62,971 nt of DNA, filler included, from Octopus bimaculoides (GCF_001194135.2; 8 parts of 8 records of this genome joined end to end with filler, not necessarily neighbours in it), one strand, 5' to 3'. Positions 48,382-61,740 are shown, counted from the whole stretch's first letter. The notes: generated by a model from the sequence alone, not told the origin. Program-made: numbers and translations.

Positions 48382-51300
48382 TATTATATATATATATATA
48401 TATATATAATATACGCATACGCACACACACATATATTTGCATCATGCATGCATCTAGGTATGTATATTTGTATGTTTGAATGTACTGTGATCGAATAGGT
48501 ATACTGTCAAAGACATTTCAGAAATGTCCATCTTGTTTTTATTTTCGGATGAAAGGCATACTTAAGAGTGTATAGCCTAATGCATCATTTCTACATTTAA
48601 AGCAGTAATGTGCGAATTGATGGAGATTTGGTCGTTACTACTAGGAGGTCGAATAAGAGGAGAGAGGTTTTCTCTTTATCTCCTATAACAAAGCTTATTA
48701 GGGTTCCCGAATGACCTTCGAACTGGTGTTCATGTGGTCGGTTCACAAAATTGAATTCCTTAAGTACATTTCTTTTTCTATTATGTTGTAACCACAGAAT
48801 GGTAGCCAGAGGATTTGTGGTAGCATAATGTGAACAACTGTTTCTTGGTTTTGACAGAGAGCTTCTTTCGATAAAAAAAAAACGGAGCGTCCTACTCCAT
48901 TATCTGATTTGTAATTAATTCATTAACCTCGGTCAGATTTGAACTCAGAGCACAAGGCATTAACTATATGATTTAAGAACACTTGATATTCTCCGCCTTT
49001 CTCTAATCTCTGAACTGTCGCTACATTAATCTAGTGTTTATATCATAACTAAACAAAATGGTTCCTACATAGTACTCTGAAGGAAGGCTTCAATTTAATT
49101 TAATTTAGATATAAACACTAAAACAAAATGTTCTTATATCATAAAACCAGATGTAGTCTGAGACCGGCTGGTAATAAAAGTGTTAACGTGAAGCATTTAA
49201 AAAAATTTTTGAAGCATAAAACTAGGAGGATTAAGATCAGTTTTCAAACACCTATAAAGCAATATAAGTTTTCAGAAAATCTACTTTTATTCAATACCAC
49301 CCGCATATGTGAGCATTTTTATATTTGCTCACATATACTAACATACAATTATAAGTGGATTGCCTGACGGACTAAATGTTTTCTGGTATCAGGTTACGTC
49401 TCTTGATGTTCAAATAGGCACCGGCATAGCCATGTAGTTAAGAAGTTTGCTTCTCAGTCGTAACATTACGGGGTTCGATCACACTAGGGATGTGCCTTTT
49501 GTAATTTTGTGTCGTAGATTTAAACTGTCAACCGATCTAGCACCACCACCACCATCACTACGTCCTTGGACGTGTTTTGCGGATGCCACACTGTTGCAAG
49601 CGTTCAAGCCAGGGCTCTTTCCTACCAATAAAGAGACACGTAACTCTGCTCTGCTTCCTAACTGAAACAAAGAAAATACAGACTCTGTTCGGCCAAGCTT
49701 AGCGAGAAAGATTAGATCGAACACAAGGCCTAAGCCTTGATGTGGAGTGGTGTGCTTCAATGACTTTGGGAATTATTCCAGCAGAGCTCAAGTTCCTGGT
49801 AAGGACTCCCATAATGGGCATGTCAAATGATAGAGGTCAGACTAATATAGACCACCTTTTTCTCAGAGGTAAAAATGGGTTTATGTAGAGTTAACCCTCC
49901 CCCCTACCCAGAAAAATAGTTGCAGAAGCAGTGACAACAGTTCAAAACCAACAAGACTTGGTAGATGAATAGCTTACATAGAACAGTGGAGGAAAGTCAT
50001 AGCTATCCTGTTCTTCATAAGAAACGAGAGCCTCAATAAGAAAGAACACTGTCTTGAAGCCACTCTGCTGAACTGTACTGGTTTGGGGAACAGATTTAAC
50101 GCACATGAGCATGGCTTTTGATATGTCTTCAGTGGAACCCACTATGTTGTTAACACTCAGACTGAGTAACCAGTTTGCAGTTTCTTCATGGTTTGTTTCC
50201 CAAGTCTTTTAGTCATGAAATATTGTTCTTGTAAAGCAATGAAAGAAATCGACAATAAAATGAATCTGTTCAAAGCTTGACATAAGATATTTAGTTGTCC
50301 GTTTGCATTCGGAATTCAAATTCCATTTGAGTTGTTTGAACCTATGCCGGCCAATTATCGAACAGAAATATGCTCAAAGATAATTCAGCCATGACAAACT
50401 TGTCTTATATTATGGAATATAATATCTCCTGCACTAAATTAACTAATGTGTCCTACCATTTTATAAGAATGATTTGGTCCGATAATTTCAGAGAGATTTG
50501 GTGAATCACCGATTTTCTGTCAACTGATTGCCTGGCACCACCCTTAATCTTGGTAAATCACGAGGGAAAACCTTTGCTCACTGTGCGAGCAAAGGTGGCG
50601 TTGGATATCCCATGTGTTTATATTCATTATTTACACTGCATTTGTTTATGACAAAATTCTAAGATGACCTTTGCTTATTTTGCTTAAAGTTACTCTTAGT
50701 TATGGCCATTACAGGTTAGAGAAGTGAGAGCATCAACGGTAATGTCAAACGTAAACACCAAACCATGTCGACCCAAGATGAAATAAAACTGTGGAAATAA
50801 ATGAACCGTGGTGTTTCGGTACAGTAAGCTATGTGATATAATTAGTAATTAGTGCAAAATTATTATGTCGAACCTCCGACAAATTACATCCGATAGTCTT
50901 AAATACATTGAATCTCCGACAAAATCGATCATGCATTTGTACGTGTATATGTTAACCAGGGCAACATTTTTTAAAGAAAGACCAGCAGTTGTCCAAACAT
51001 ACAAGTCTCACCTCTTACGTCATTGATGATTATTCCAGGAAAATCCACTAGTTTGGGTCGATAACAGCTTCTTCCCTGTGTCATTGTACTTATTGCTGTC
51101 AGAACACAAAAAGCGCTTGAACAGATACTGCAAAGAATCACAAACGACCCTCTTACACTCTTACAGATTCGCCAATCCGTCCACATGGATTGGTACATTT
51201 TCTTTTTATCAGCCCCAAAATGATGAAAGGCAAAGCTGGCGGGATTTAAACTCAGACAACAGAGTGTCATAAGGAATATCGCATGGCATTTTGTTCGACG

Positions 51301-51994
51301 TTCTTACAGCTATACATACTCACTAAAATAAAGATGCTTACATTACAAAATATAGTCATGACACACCAAAATATGGTATGGCATAAATGGAACGCCTTTG
51401 GAGATTGGTCAGTTGTGATTAGGGTTGATATGGAACAAAAGAATTACAACGAAATAAAACTTAAAAGATATTTTGCTGTGCCTCGGCTGGGTCATTATGC
51501 GGATGATAAACACACGCGCTGATTATATTTTACTTCTTTATCATTTATTAAATATTTAACTATTGAACTAATTAACCAATCGATTGATTGAGTAATCCAT
51601 TCGGTTAATCACTCAGTCAGTAATGTTTCTCAAAATTCTTTTGTTACTATTCACGAACGCTTCAATGAGATACCTGCTCTACACCAGGTCAGCTGAAAAA
51701 GTGAAATTAAACCAGTGCATGTGTTTATTATTGGCGTAATGACGTTCCCGATGTACAAGAAAATCTGTTTACAACATACGAGTTCACATCAAGAATATTG
51801 CAAACCAAATACAAAAATAATAAAATAAATAAGTAAACGATGTCCACATTTTAATGTTAGTCCAGATGCTTAAATATTTACGGAAGAGCTCAGGAGAAAG
51901 ACTCAACATATAGACAAAGATGTTCAAAGTGCTAGAAACAGCGGTAAAATTTGCTTGAATTTACCCAGTGCTGTCTGGCAAAGAATAAAACTCA

Positions 51995-52316
51995 TCTATA
52001 TATATATAAATGAGAATGTGTGTCTGTCTGTCTGTCTGTCTGTCTGTGTGAATCCCTAAAACTCGAGAACTACCCAACCAATTTCATTCAAATTTTACAC
52101 ATGCCTTACTTAGGGTTCCAGTTGTGTTTTAGTCAAAAAAAATTATTAACTTCTTGCAGAGTTCGAGCACACGGCAACATAATATCTCCTCCACTATTTA
52201 AGTAGTACGTGTCAAAAGTGAAACAAAAACACTCATGTCAAATACTTTCACTTTAAAAATGAAACTATTCCACTAACTGAAACAATCACATTTCGATACT
52301 GTAGTGACAGATACTT
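51995..52316 (+). mobile_element. Non-autonomous Helitron-like element, 5' part (3' end lost in gap)
   Basis: A|TCTATATATATATAAATG start, (GTCT)n, then actacccaaccaatttcattcaaattttacac: the usual layout of small animal Helitron derivatives. Confidence 0.55.
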
Positions 52317-52420
52317 NNNNNNNNNNNNNNNNNNNNNNNNNNNNNNNNNNNNNNNNNNNNTTAATTAATTAANNNNNNNNNNNNNNNNNNNNNNNNNNNN
52401 NNNNNNNNNNNNNNNNTGTG

Positions 52421-52612
52421 TGTGTTTATCCCCCCAACATCGCTTGACAACCGATGCTGGTGTGGTTATGTCCCCGTACCTAGCGGTTCGGCAAAATAGA
52501 CCGATAGAATAAGTACTACGCTTCTAAAAGAATAAGTCCTGGGGTCGCTTTGCTCGACTGAAGGCGGTGCTCCAGCATGGCCACAGTCAAAAGACTAAAA
52601 CAAGTAAAAGAG
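52421..52612 (+). mobile_element. SINE family C tail
   Basis: Near identical to 30851-31037. Confidence 0.85.
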
Positions 52613-52622
52613 TGTGTATATA

Positions 52623-52658
<36 letters not shown>

Positions 52659-52912
52659 CACACACACATCCATATCTGTATATATACACCCCAACACTAA
52701 TAGTTCAACATGTTTATACTTATATATGTATGTTACACACACACCTCGCACGCACATATAAACATACTCATTTAGCGTTCAACGAAAACACTAGTTGTTT
52801 ACAAAACCTTTCACAATTTCAGATTTCAGGAATGTGAGAAATATTCCCCACAGGATTACTGTTCTTGTTTATTTTTTTTGTAAGTGTGTGTGTGTGCGCG
52901 CGCGTTCGTGTT

Positions 52913-52965
<53 letters not shown>

Positions 52966-53309
52966 AAGTATGTATGTATGTATTATATGCCTTTAGTTCA
53001 TGTTGAACCTCATCGAAGTTGTTTTAGGTATTTTGCGTACATGCGCACTCCTGATTTGAGGTCGTGTGAATTTGTACCAAACTACTACTATATACAATAA
53101 ATAAAAGAAACAGGGAGAGTGAGAATGTGTACATGCATGTGTATGTAAGCGCATATGTTTATGTGTGTTTGTGTGTGCGTGTGTGTGCCTGCATTCCTTA
53201 CAGTTCACAGATCTCACCAGATTCAAGTGATATGACTACAAAACCAATTCCTTCATCGAAGCGTTTGTGTATATTCTTAAATGTGTGTGTGCACGTGCGC
53301 ACGTGCATG

Positions 53310-53340
<31 letters not shown>

Positions 53341-53706
53341 ACGTGCGTGCATGCGTGTGTGCACGTGTGTTGGTACATGTGTTTGTATGTGTTTGTATTG
53401 CTACATGTGTGTGTTTATGTGGGGGGTTGGTACGGTCCACCACCATTTATTTCTAAGACTCAGTTCCATGTATACAATTGTTATTTTCCTCTCCATCGTC
53501 CAAATTTCTCTCAACCCACCATTGTTTCCCAAAATTCATCTGAATCTGATGTAATTACTTTCGAGCCGAATGGGTTACAAATTTCGTTTCACAACCATGT
53601 TGTTCCGGTTTCAAGCCCACTAAGCGGCACATGATTAAGTGACCTTGTTATGCTTTCCTCTCTCCGACGTTTTTGTCGTTTTCTTAGACAGGAAAAAACT
53701 GGTGTT

Positions 53707-54570
53707 GGATCTTTCTGAATTGACGGGCACCACTTTTCATTTATGTTTTATGTAGTGTTTTTGGTACCGAAACACTTTCAAACTTCGTATACTTGTATAT
53801 TTTGTGTTATAGAACAGATAAAAAAAATTTGTATTCGAAGTTATTTCATGTAAAAAAATTGTCGTATTTCGGTAATTTCAACCAATCACTGACGTCTATT
53901 GAGGTGAAAACAATTACTGCCGTGGAATGTAAACAACATGTTCTAACGGTGTCATGGGATCTTTTCCCTTGAATAAAATTAGTGCCGTTGTTTGNNNNNN
54001 NNNNNNNNNNNNNNNNNNNNNNNNNNNNNNNNNNNNNNNNNNNNNNNNNNNNNNNNNNNNNNNNNNNNNNNNNNNNNNNNNNNNNNNNNNNNNNNNNNNN
54101 NNNNNNNNNNNNNNNNNNNNNNNNNNNNNNNNNNNNNNNNNNNNNNNNNNNNNNNNNNNNNNNNNNNNNNNNNNNNNNNNNNNNNNNNNNNNNNNNNNNN
54201 NNNNNNNNNNNNNNNNNNNNNNNNNNNNNNNNNNNNNNNNNNNNNNNNNNNNNNNNNNNNNNNNNNNNNNNNNNNNNNNNNNNNNNNNNNNNNNNAATAA
54301 CGATATAATTAACAGGGAATAACGTTCTTGACACCGGCAAAAATTATTGTTTACAAAACAGTAGTAACTGTATTCAGTTGAATAGACGTCAGTGATTGGT
54401 TGAAAGTACAGAAATACGACAACTTTAACATGAAATAACTTGCGATGTAGACATTTTTGTTAAGAAAGCTGAGAGAAAAAGATGTTTTATATGACACACT
54501 CTACCAGTATCCCAAGTTTGAAAGTGTTTCGTTTAGAAAACAAGTGGTGCCCGTCAATTCAGAAAGATCC
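53707..54570. mobile_element. TIR element with 8-bp TSD, Merlin-like (centre in N gap)
   Basis: Perfect 29-bp TIR GGATCTTTCTGAATTGACGGGCACCACTT, patchy inverted similarity over about 280 bp, exact TSD CTGGTGTT at 53699-53706 and 54571-54578. Confidence 0.85.
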
Positions 54571-55215
54571 CTGGTGTTCATAGGCACAGGTAGGTTTGAA
54601 GGATTAGGAATGTATCTTGCAGCCATTTGGTTTCTCTGGCACCTTGAGCAAGTTCCTTCTACAGTACCTCTGGCTGACAGATGTGAGTTTATTAGATAAT
54701 GGGAAACAGCACAGAAGTCCATCTTAAATGTATATGTATATGCTTGTGCGTGTGTGCGCGCGTGCGTGTGTGCGCGCGTGCGTGTGTGCGCGCGTGCGTG
54801 TGTGCGTGTGTGCGCGCGTGCGTGTACGTGAGAGTACGTGTGTATACACACACAATCACATGCGCAAATATCATATATAACAATGCATGATAATATGAAA
54901 AATAGCAATGAATATTACTTGATGCAGAGATATAGAGTTGTGTGTTTCTATTTCTAAGCAATACGCGTTAATTTACTGAGTGGGCTATTGTTGTTTTACG
55001 GCCAGAAGATAAACAGGGCCTGAAATAATCCACATAGCCCGTTAACCTATATTGGTCAGAAATATAAATACATAATTCTACATTTCCCTTACGAATGCAA
55101 TGTATTTCTTGGTATTTTTTATATTATTTACTATTTATCAAACCTGATAGTATATGGGTGAGCATATGTTATGTGTGTCCACGTATGTATGTATGTATGT
55201 ACGTATGTATTTGTG

Positions 55216-55281
<66 letters not shown>

Positions 55282-55752
55282 CATTTCTTTTATTAGCCAC
55301 ACAGGGCTCAACAAAGATGGGACAAATACAATGTAGAGCTTTTCTTTTGGGGAGGGGGAAGGAAAGAGAGAAAAAAAAGGGTGTGTCGATCAAAAGGGAT
55401 CGTAGGAAGGGAAAAAGGGGGGAGTTCGATCAAAAGGATCGAGAAAAAAAAAGGCGATCAATAGGGATCNNNNNNNNNNNNNNNNNNNNNNNNNNNNNNN
55501 NNNNNNNNNNNNNTTAATTAATTAANNNNNNNNNNNNNNNNNNNNNNNNNNNNNNNNNNNNNNNNNNNNTATATATATATGTGTGTGTGTGTGTATATTC
55601 ATGTGTGCATATCTACATTAGTACTTGTATGTGTATGCATATGAGTGTGTATCTGTGTGCATGTGTGCATATGTCAGCTCATGTCTCCTTGTCTTGACAT
55701 CTGCTGCTAATTATAAACAAATGTCACGTCACACAGTGTCGTTTGTTTGCAG

Positions 55753-55833
55753 TGTTCCAGCAGAAAACATATCCAACCATTGTGCTGTTCGTGTTTGAAG
55801 AACTTGGTGAAATATTCTCTTGCTTGAAACCAG
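55753..55833 (+). CDS. Candidate 81-nt symmetric exon (FQQKTYPTIVLFVFEELGEIFSCLKP)
   Basis: gtttgtttgcAG acceptor, CAG|GTGAGG donor, one open frame. No homologue recognised. Confidence 0.22.
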
Positions 55834-56562
55834 GTGAGGATTGGTGACCCTCATCGAGTGTAGTCATACACTTGACTGAGTGGGACTCAAAGAAACAAAA
55901 CAAAATTATTAGAGTGAAAATACAGAGAAGAAAATACATCATCTGATGTATTATAAAGGTTTTGACATCCATTTCCCATAACTGGCATGGGTAGGACAGT
56001 TGAAGAGGAAGCAGTGAGCCAGAGGACTTTGCTGAGCTCCAATGAAAGATTTGGCAAGATTTCTACAGCTGGATAATCTTCCTAACACCAAATGCACACA
56101 CACATGTGTGTGTGTGTGTTTATGCATGCATGAGAGCATATGAATGTATAAACATGGGTTTACTTATGTTTGATTGTACATCTGATTTTGTATGCTAGCA
56201 TGGGTTAGGTGAATATATTATTGTAGCATTGTCTTACAGACAGACAGCCTTCCTATTGCTAACCCAAAACCATTTTCTAAGAACAAAAATTCTTATTTCT
56301 CATGTCTTCCAAGGTTGGGGTGATTGGTTGACAGATGTTTCTGCTTGGGGCAACTTAAAAATAGATTGCAAACATACACACACACTCAGCTCGAGTTCAC
56401 TGCTTCCTGTAGCAGAAACAGCTGGAAGCTAATGGAAGTGACTACGTAACTCTTGTTCTTTTGTTGTTCATTAACTCATATCTATAAACATACATATATA
56501 CATATACAAAAACATTTATACACGAGTATGTGAAGGTATATTCATATAATTACACGTATGTC

Positions 56563-56607
<45 letters not shown>

Positions 56608-56612
56608 ATGTA

Positions 56613-56778
56613 TTAATATTTATCAGAAGTAACAGAGTGACTCAAGGTCCGAACGTTTCGTTTATTAGCATTTATCAAAGTGGTTCTTTGGAGGTATATT
56701 CTCAGACCTCCCAAAACTAGTTTGATGAGTGTCAACTCTCAGATCTTGAGTCACTCTGTTAGTTCTGCTAAATATTAA
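56613..56778. repeat. 166-bp foldback / MITE-like element with 34-bp inverted ends
   Basis: ttaatatttatcagaagtaacagagtgactcaag and cttgagtcactctgttagttctgctaaatattaa (2 mismatches). Confidence 0.75.
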
Positions 56779-57249
56779 GAAAAAATACAATACACATATA
56801 CTTACATTTTAAGTTCTATTTTTCCCATTTGCACCTATACATATATATATATATAGTCTACACACCTTCAGCCCTTTTGCTACCCTCTCATATTTATCAC
56901 ACCCCTATCACTCACCCCTCTAACACACAACTTATCATTCACTTCCAATATCACACATCCTTCATATCCCCCATCTCACTGTCACCTGTGTCCCTACTGC
57001 CATGCCCCTACCTCTATCTTTCATCTCTCAATCACTCTCCCTTCTTCTTTTTATTCTTTCTTATTGCTGTGACAAAGACTGGCAGTAAATCTCTTCTCTT
57101 CACCATTCTTCCAATGAAACTAGGGATGTTACTGGACCTACCTGAGTCTCTCCCCAACACTCAACCCCTCCTTTCCATATATTTATTACCCTCATCCCAA
57201 GGTATATGTGAAGGCCGGAGATAAAGGGGGACTTTTAGTTTTGTCAAGG

Positions 57250-57432
57250 ACATGGCAATTGTCTCCAGTGATGGCACCATAAGATGCACCCAGTGCACTT
57301 TGTGCAGTGGTTGGTGTCAGGAAGAGCATCCAGCTGTAGAAAGAAAACCAGAAAATGTAACTTCAGGCAAGATATTCTTTGACCCATCCAACCCATTCCA
57401 GCATGGAAAGTGGGGGTAAAATGATGATGATC
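57250..57432 (+). mobile_element. SINE/LINE 3' end (family E); related pieces at 55955-56090 (-), 11728-11765 (-), 60470-60510 (-)
   Basis: ggtgtcaggaagagcatccagctgtaga...ccatccaacccattccagcatggaaagtgg..aaatgatgatg. Confidence 0.6.
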
Positions 57433-58221
57433 ATACATACATACGTATGGATTTATAAATATATACATATGTGCATCTTTGTGTATATATTATACACTTC
57501 TTTCATATACACTCCACCAATATTTCCTAATCCACCTCATTAAACCCCCAATACTTCACAATAAACTACACCAAGTTATATCTCCTCACCTAACACAAAA
57601 CAAAACACACTTCCCCTGTCAAACCCCTTTTTCATACAAACACATCTTTCTCATTGCTACCCAAACATTGTCCCTTATATTAAATATAATTTAGATGAAC
57701 CTACCTTTCATTAATTGGGCTTATTCAATAACCAATCTTTATCTCAATCAGGAACAATTAATAACGATCCTCTCAACATGCTGTGTATNNNNNNNNNNNN
57801 NNNNNNNNNNNNNNNNNNNNNNNNNNNNNNNNTTAATTAATTAANNNNNNNNNNNNNNNNNNNNNNNNNNNNNNNNNNNNNNNNNNNNATGAATTCAACA
57901 TTACTAAAAACAGTTTCCCACTCAAAAGTAAATGTTCAGTTATTTTTTTTTAAATTGTTCAAAAATGTCACATGATATATACCTCTGTTTGTAAGCGGTG
58001 TTTATCTGTAAAAGTGTGAGTTTGTTAAGTTATTAAAAGTCATTATGCAGACTTTATGTCTTGTTGTTTTATTGTTTTGCTCCCCGCAAGTCTAAACCTT
58101 TTCTTTTATTTAACGAGGTTAAATATGCGTTGAGTTAGATGCACCATAGAAATTTATACCTTTAGTTTTGTAAGCTCAGCGTCTATGAAACTGTGAACGC
58201 GAATGTTATATTGATTTGACT

Positions 58222-58383
58222 CTAATCATATTGTACTTTGTTCCTTGTATTACTTTGCTCTCGATGGCTGGAGTTTTGAGGCACTATGCTTGGTTTCACT
58301 TCACCCAATGTTTCTATCGTAGGTTTTTCTGATTCTGCTTCCAGTTTACTAACCGCTACTGTAACCTTTCTCGTTAATAGAAG
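58222..58383 (-). CDS. Candidate terminal exon (LLLTRKVTVAVSKLEAESEKP...NKVQYD*)
   Basis: catattttcAG acceptor, 53 open codons of mixed composition, AATAAA hexamers downstream on the minus strand. No homologue recognised. Confidence 0.25.
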   Translation of the reverse strand, partial: LLLTRKVTVAVSKLEAESEKPTIETLGEVKPSIVPQNSSHREQSNTRNKVQYD

Positions 58384-60642
58384 CTGAAAATATGTTGAAG
58401 GGATCCTAATTTTAAAATCGCTTATTGATTCCTGTATTTGACATTTTACAGTTTCAAATTTTAGCATCGATAACATGTACATACATGATTGTTATTTGCA
58501 CGTGGCTCCAAGACACTCAGAGTGATTTCAATTGATTGATCATTCGAGCAGGCAATAAGGTTCGTCGTAAAGGTAAAGCAATGGTTGGTGGTTCTCATTC
58601 TTTCTGACCTAGTGCGACACAAATGTTCAGGAAAATATGTGCTTAAGTATTTGCAACCATTGCAAATACTATATATCACATGCAAATCTTCTCAATAAAT
58701 TTATTTTAAAATAAAGACAACAAAAACAACAAAAATAATAAACAAACAAAATTTGTCGATTGTTGCTGGTGCACTGAAAGCTTTTAGTTATATAGGTATA
58801 TACAAGTCGTTTCAATCACTGATTCTATAAAAGAAGTATTCAGTGATATCGAAAACAGGCAGACATACCTCAGTTGGAGGGCGTAAAATCATTGCGATGA
58901 AACATGTAGCTGCTGGTAATCTTCAGAAGAACAAGAGTAGCATAAGATTCAAACCAACTGAAGTCAAGCATTACACACACAAAATCTACGGCCAGGCTGC
59001 AAAATAAAAACATCCACAACCTCCACAGTCTACATACACAAACCTACAAACTGAAAAATCTACACATTATTAAGTTACCACCGGCAAAAACAAGAAGAGA
59101 TAAATAGAGTAATGATAATAACACCCACGATGAAATGAAAACACAGCAATACAAAACTAATCCGGTTTAAAAGCATAAAAATGACGCTTGATAAAATAGC
59201 AAACATAACAAGGAAACAACTTCAGTAGCAAAATGGGAAATCATACAAAATGCCACAGTCATATGACAAAATCTTTTCAAAACCACTGAATAATTAAATA
59301 ATAGCTTACTTGATAATAAGACAGAAACGAACTACAAATATTCTGAATGATATTTGTCGGAAGTATAACATTCTGAAAGAACAACAAAAACACATATATA
59401 CGGTGAATCTAAAGTAACCGGCCAGTGTACCGCCTCAGATATACAACCCTACTCTACATCTGCACTAAGCACAGACTCTCCTGTTTCTTGCGTATATATA
59501 TATATANNNNNNNNNNNNNNNNNNNNNNNNNNNNNNNNNNNNNNNNNNNNTTAATTAATTAANNNNNNNNNNNNNNNNNNNNNNNNNNNNNNNNNNNNNN
59601 NNNNNNGACACATATACATACATACATACACATACAATATTATATATGTATACATAATTTTCATTCTTTGCTTTGCTCCTGTTGAACAATGAGAATGACT
59701 TTTTTTCTTTTTCTTGAACATTGGCTATATCAACATTAGTGTTTTGAGTCTGGTTTGGAATAAAAGTATAGAGTATACTTCTCTTCGTGTCACAGAAGGT
59801 TTGCTTTGAATGTTATAATAAACTGCTATAATGGTTATAAATTAAGCTGTAGATTAAAGTATTAGATCCCTGAGATAGAGTCATGGATCTAAGCCTTACT
59901 ACAACAATTGTATTGTGCTCTTGGACAAGGCATAATTTTGCATGCTCTACTTTTACAAGTGGATAGTTAGCAGTCAGCAGAACAACTGTAAAAAAAATCA
60001 TATTTCTACCTGCTCCAATATAGACCACCCCACTTGGAATAGCAACAATCAAACAAAAATAATATTAAGATCTAGTCTAATGGGAATGTATCATAATGGT
60101 AGGTATTTCTATGTATTTTTCAGAAGTATACATTTTATACAGATACAGACAGGGTTTAAATTGTTGTTGGTGTTTACTAACAAGAAGATATGTATCAGCT
60201 TGACTTTGTGATAAGTTAATATTAAAACTTAACTGCATCATCCATCTGCATATTATTGATGTATAGCAAGTTGATAGACAGGTGAATCAAAGTCATTCTA
60301 AGCAGACATAAAAATATTATGACACAATCAGTAGGATTCAGGGAAACCAGCAGTTGTCTACATTGGCAAGAGACAATTTTGGAAAATGCAAAACGTCTAA
60401 ATAGCATGAGGAAAGGATTTCAGTAAACACAACATTCACTCTGCCAGAAATATTACAAACATATATATATCATTTAACGTACTCTTTCCATACTGGCATG
60501 GGTTGATGTATATATGTATGTCGTCTCTATTTCCATCCAAAATGGAGACAAATGGCAACACTTCCATGTGGCATGCTTCAACAATTGTGAAGATCACTTC
60601 ACATGAAACCATTAGTAGCCCTGTTACCACACAAATAAAGTA

Positions 60643-61181
60643 CAGGGCTATTCAAAAAGAATGAACCAATTTCATTTAGCAATATTTTAATAAGGCGAAG
60701 CAATAGAAAACTCCAGCTTAGTCACAAGTATTTACTCACAATCAACTTTTATTTCCTGTCTTACAAGTTTTCAATGTGGCCACCACCTGCCCCAACGAGC
60801 AACATCAACGCAATAAGAGAATTCCTCCCAAATGTATATCAGCATACTACGATCCACTGAGTGTTTCTTTGGCTGTCTGGTTGAATGCTTTATCAAAGTT
60901 TTTCCATTTCCATTCTATGGCAATATCTTCTGGAATCGCCTCGAGCAAAGCAAATTTATTCTTTAGCTCCATAATGAATTTGCTTTTGAGATATTCTGAT
61001 AGGCGTCTGGGAGGAATTCTCTTATCACATTGATGTTGCCCGTGCTGTAGGCGGTGGCCACATGGAACACTTGTAAGACAGGAAATAAAAGTTGATTGTG
61101 AGTAAATACTTGTGACTCAGCTGGAGTTTCCTATTGCTTTTCCTTATTAAAATATTGCCTAATGAAATCAGTTCATTCCTT

Positions 61182-61188
<7 letters not shown>
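60643..61188. mobile_element. Mariner-derived foldback element: two inverted transposon 3' arms around a ~145-bp spacer
   Basis: TA|CAGGGCTATTCAAAA terminus; arms 60649-60847 and about 60991-61188 are reverse complements; the right arm encodes VWEEFSYHIDVARAVGGGHMEHL*. Confidence 0.85.
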
Positions 61189-61216
<28 letters not shown>

Positions 61217-61709
61217 CACGTGTGTATGTGTGTATGTACATACAATGAACTATATAAATAAAAGTAAACAAAGAATAAAGAATAACAAATGATCAGATTA
61301 AAAAATGTTAAAAATCTCACTGGACAAAAATATATACTACAGAATATATATATATATATACATACATACATACACAAACACACACACACACACATGTAAA
61401 TTCATGTTTTACACGTTCAAGTGCAATCAGATATGCTAAGACCTTTCGGGAATAGTTTGAGTGCAAAATTTTCCAAGAGGACTTGTGTAAATACACTAAC
61501 CCAGATGGGAAATTTTTTCCTAGGACTAATTGTACGTGTTAAACATGACTTTGCCAGAATATATTTTATTCAACACTACTTGATGCAATCTTGTGTGTGC
61601 ATGTGTGCATGCGCACATATACGTTGTATAAAATATTCTACTTGCAAATATTTCCCACACAACTAGTGTTTATAAACAGGTCCTAGCCTGTTGCCCACAT
61701 GTGCACATG

Positions 61710-61740
<31 letters not shown>

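Noticed and set aside
12000-54340. Long ORFs (up to 394 aa) in the ORF track
   Set aside because: They are runs of X through N gaps or translations of microsatellites (poly-H/P/K/S, YIYI, CVCV, HTYI).
15731-59562. Seven regularly recurring TTAATTAATTAA motifs
   Set aside because: Always centred in ~100-bp N gaps; an artificial all-frame-stop scaffolding spacer, not biology.
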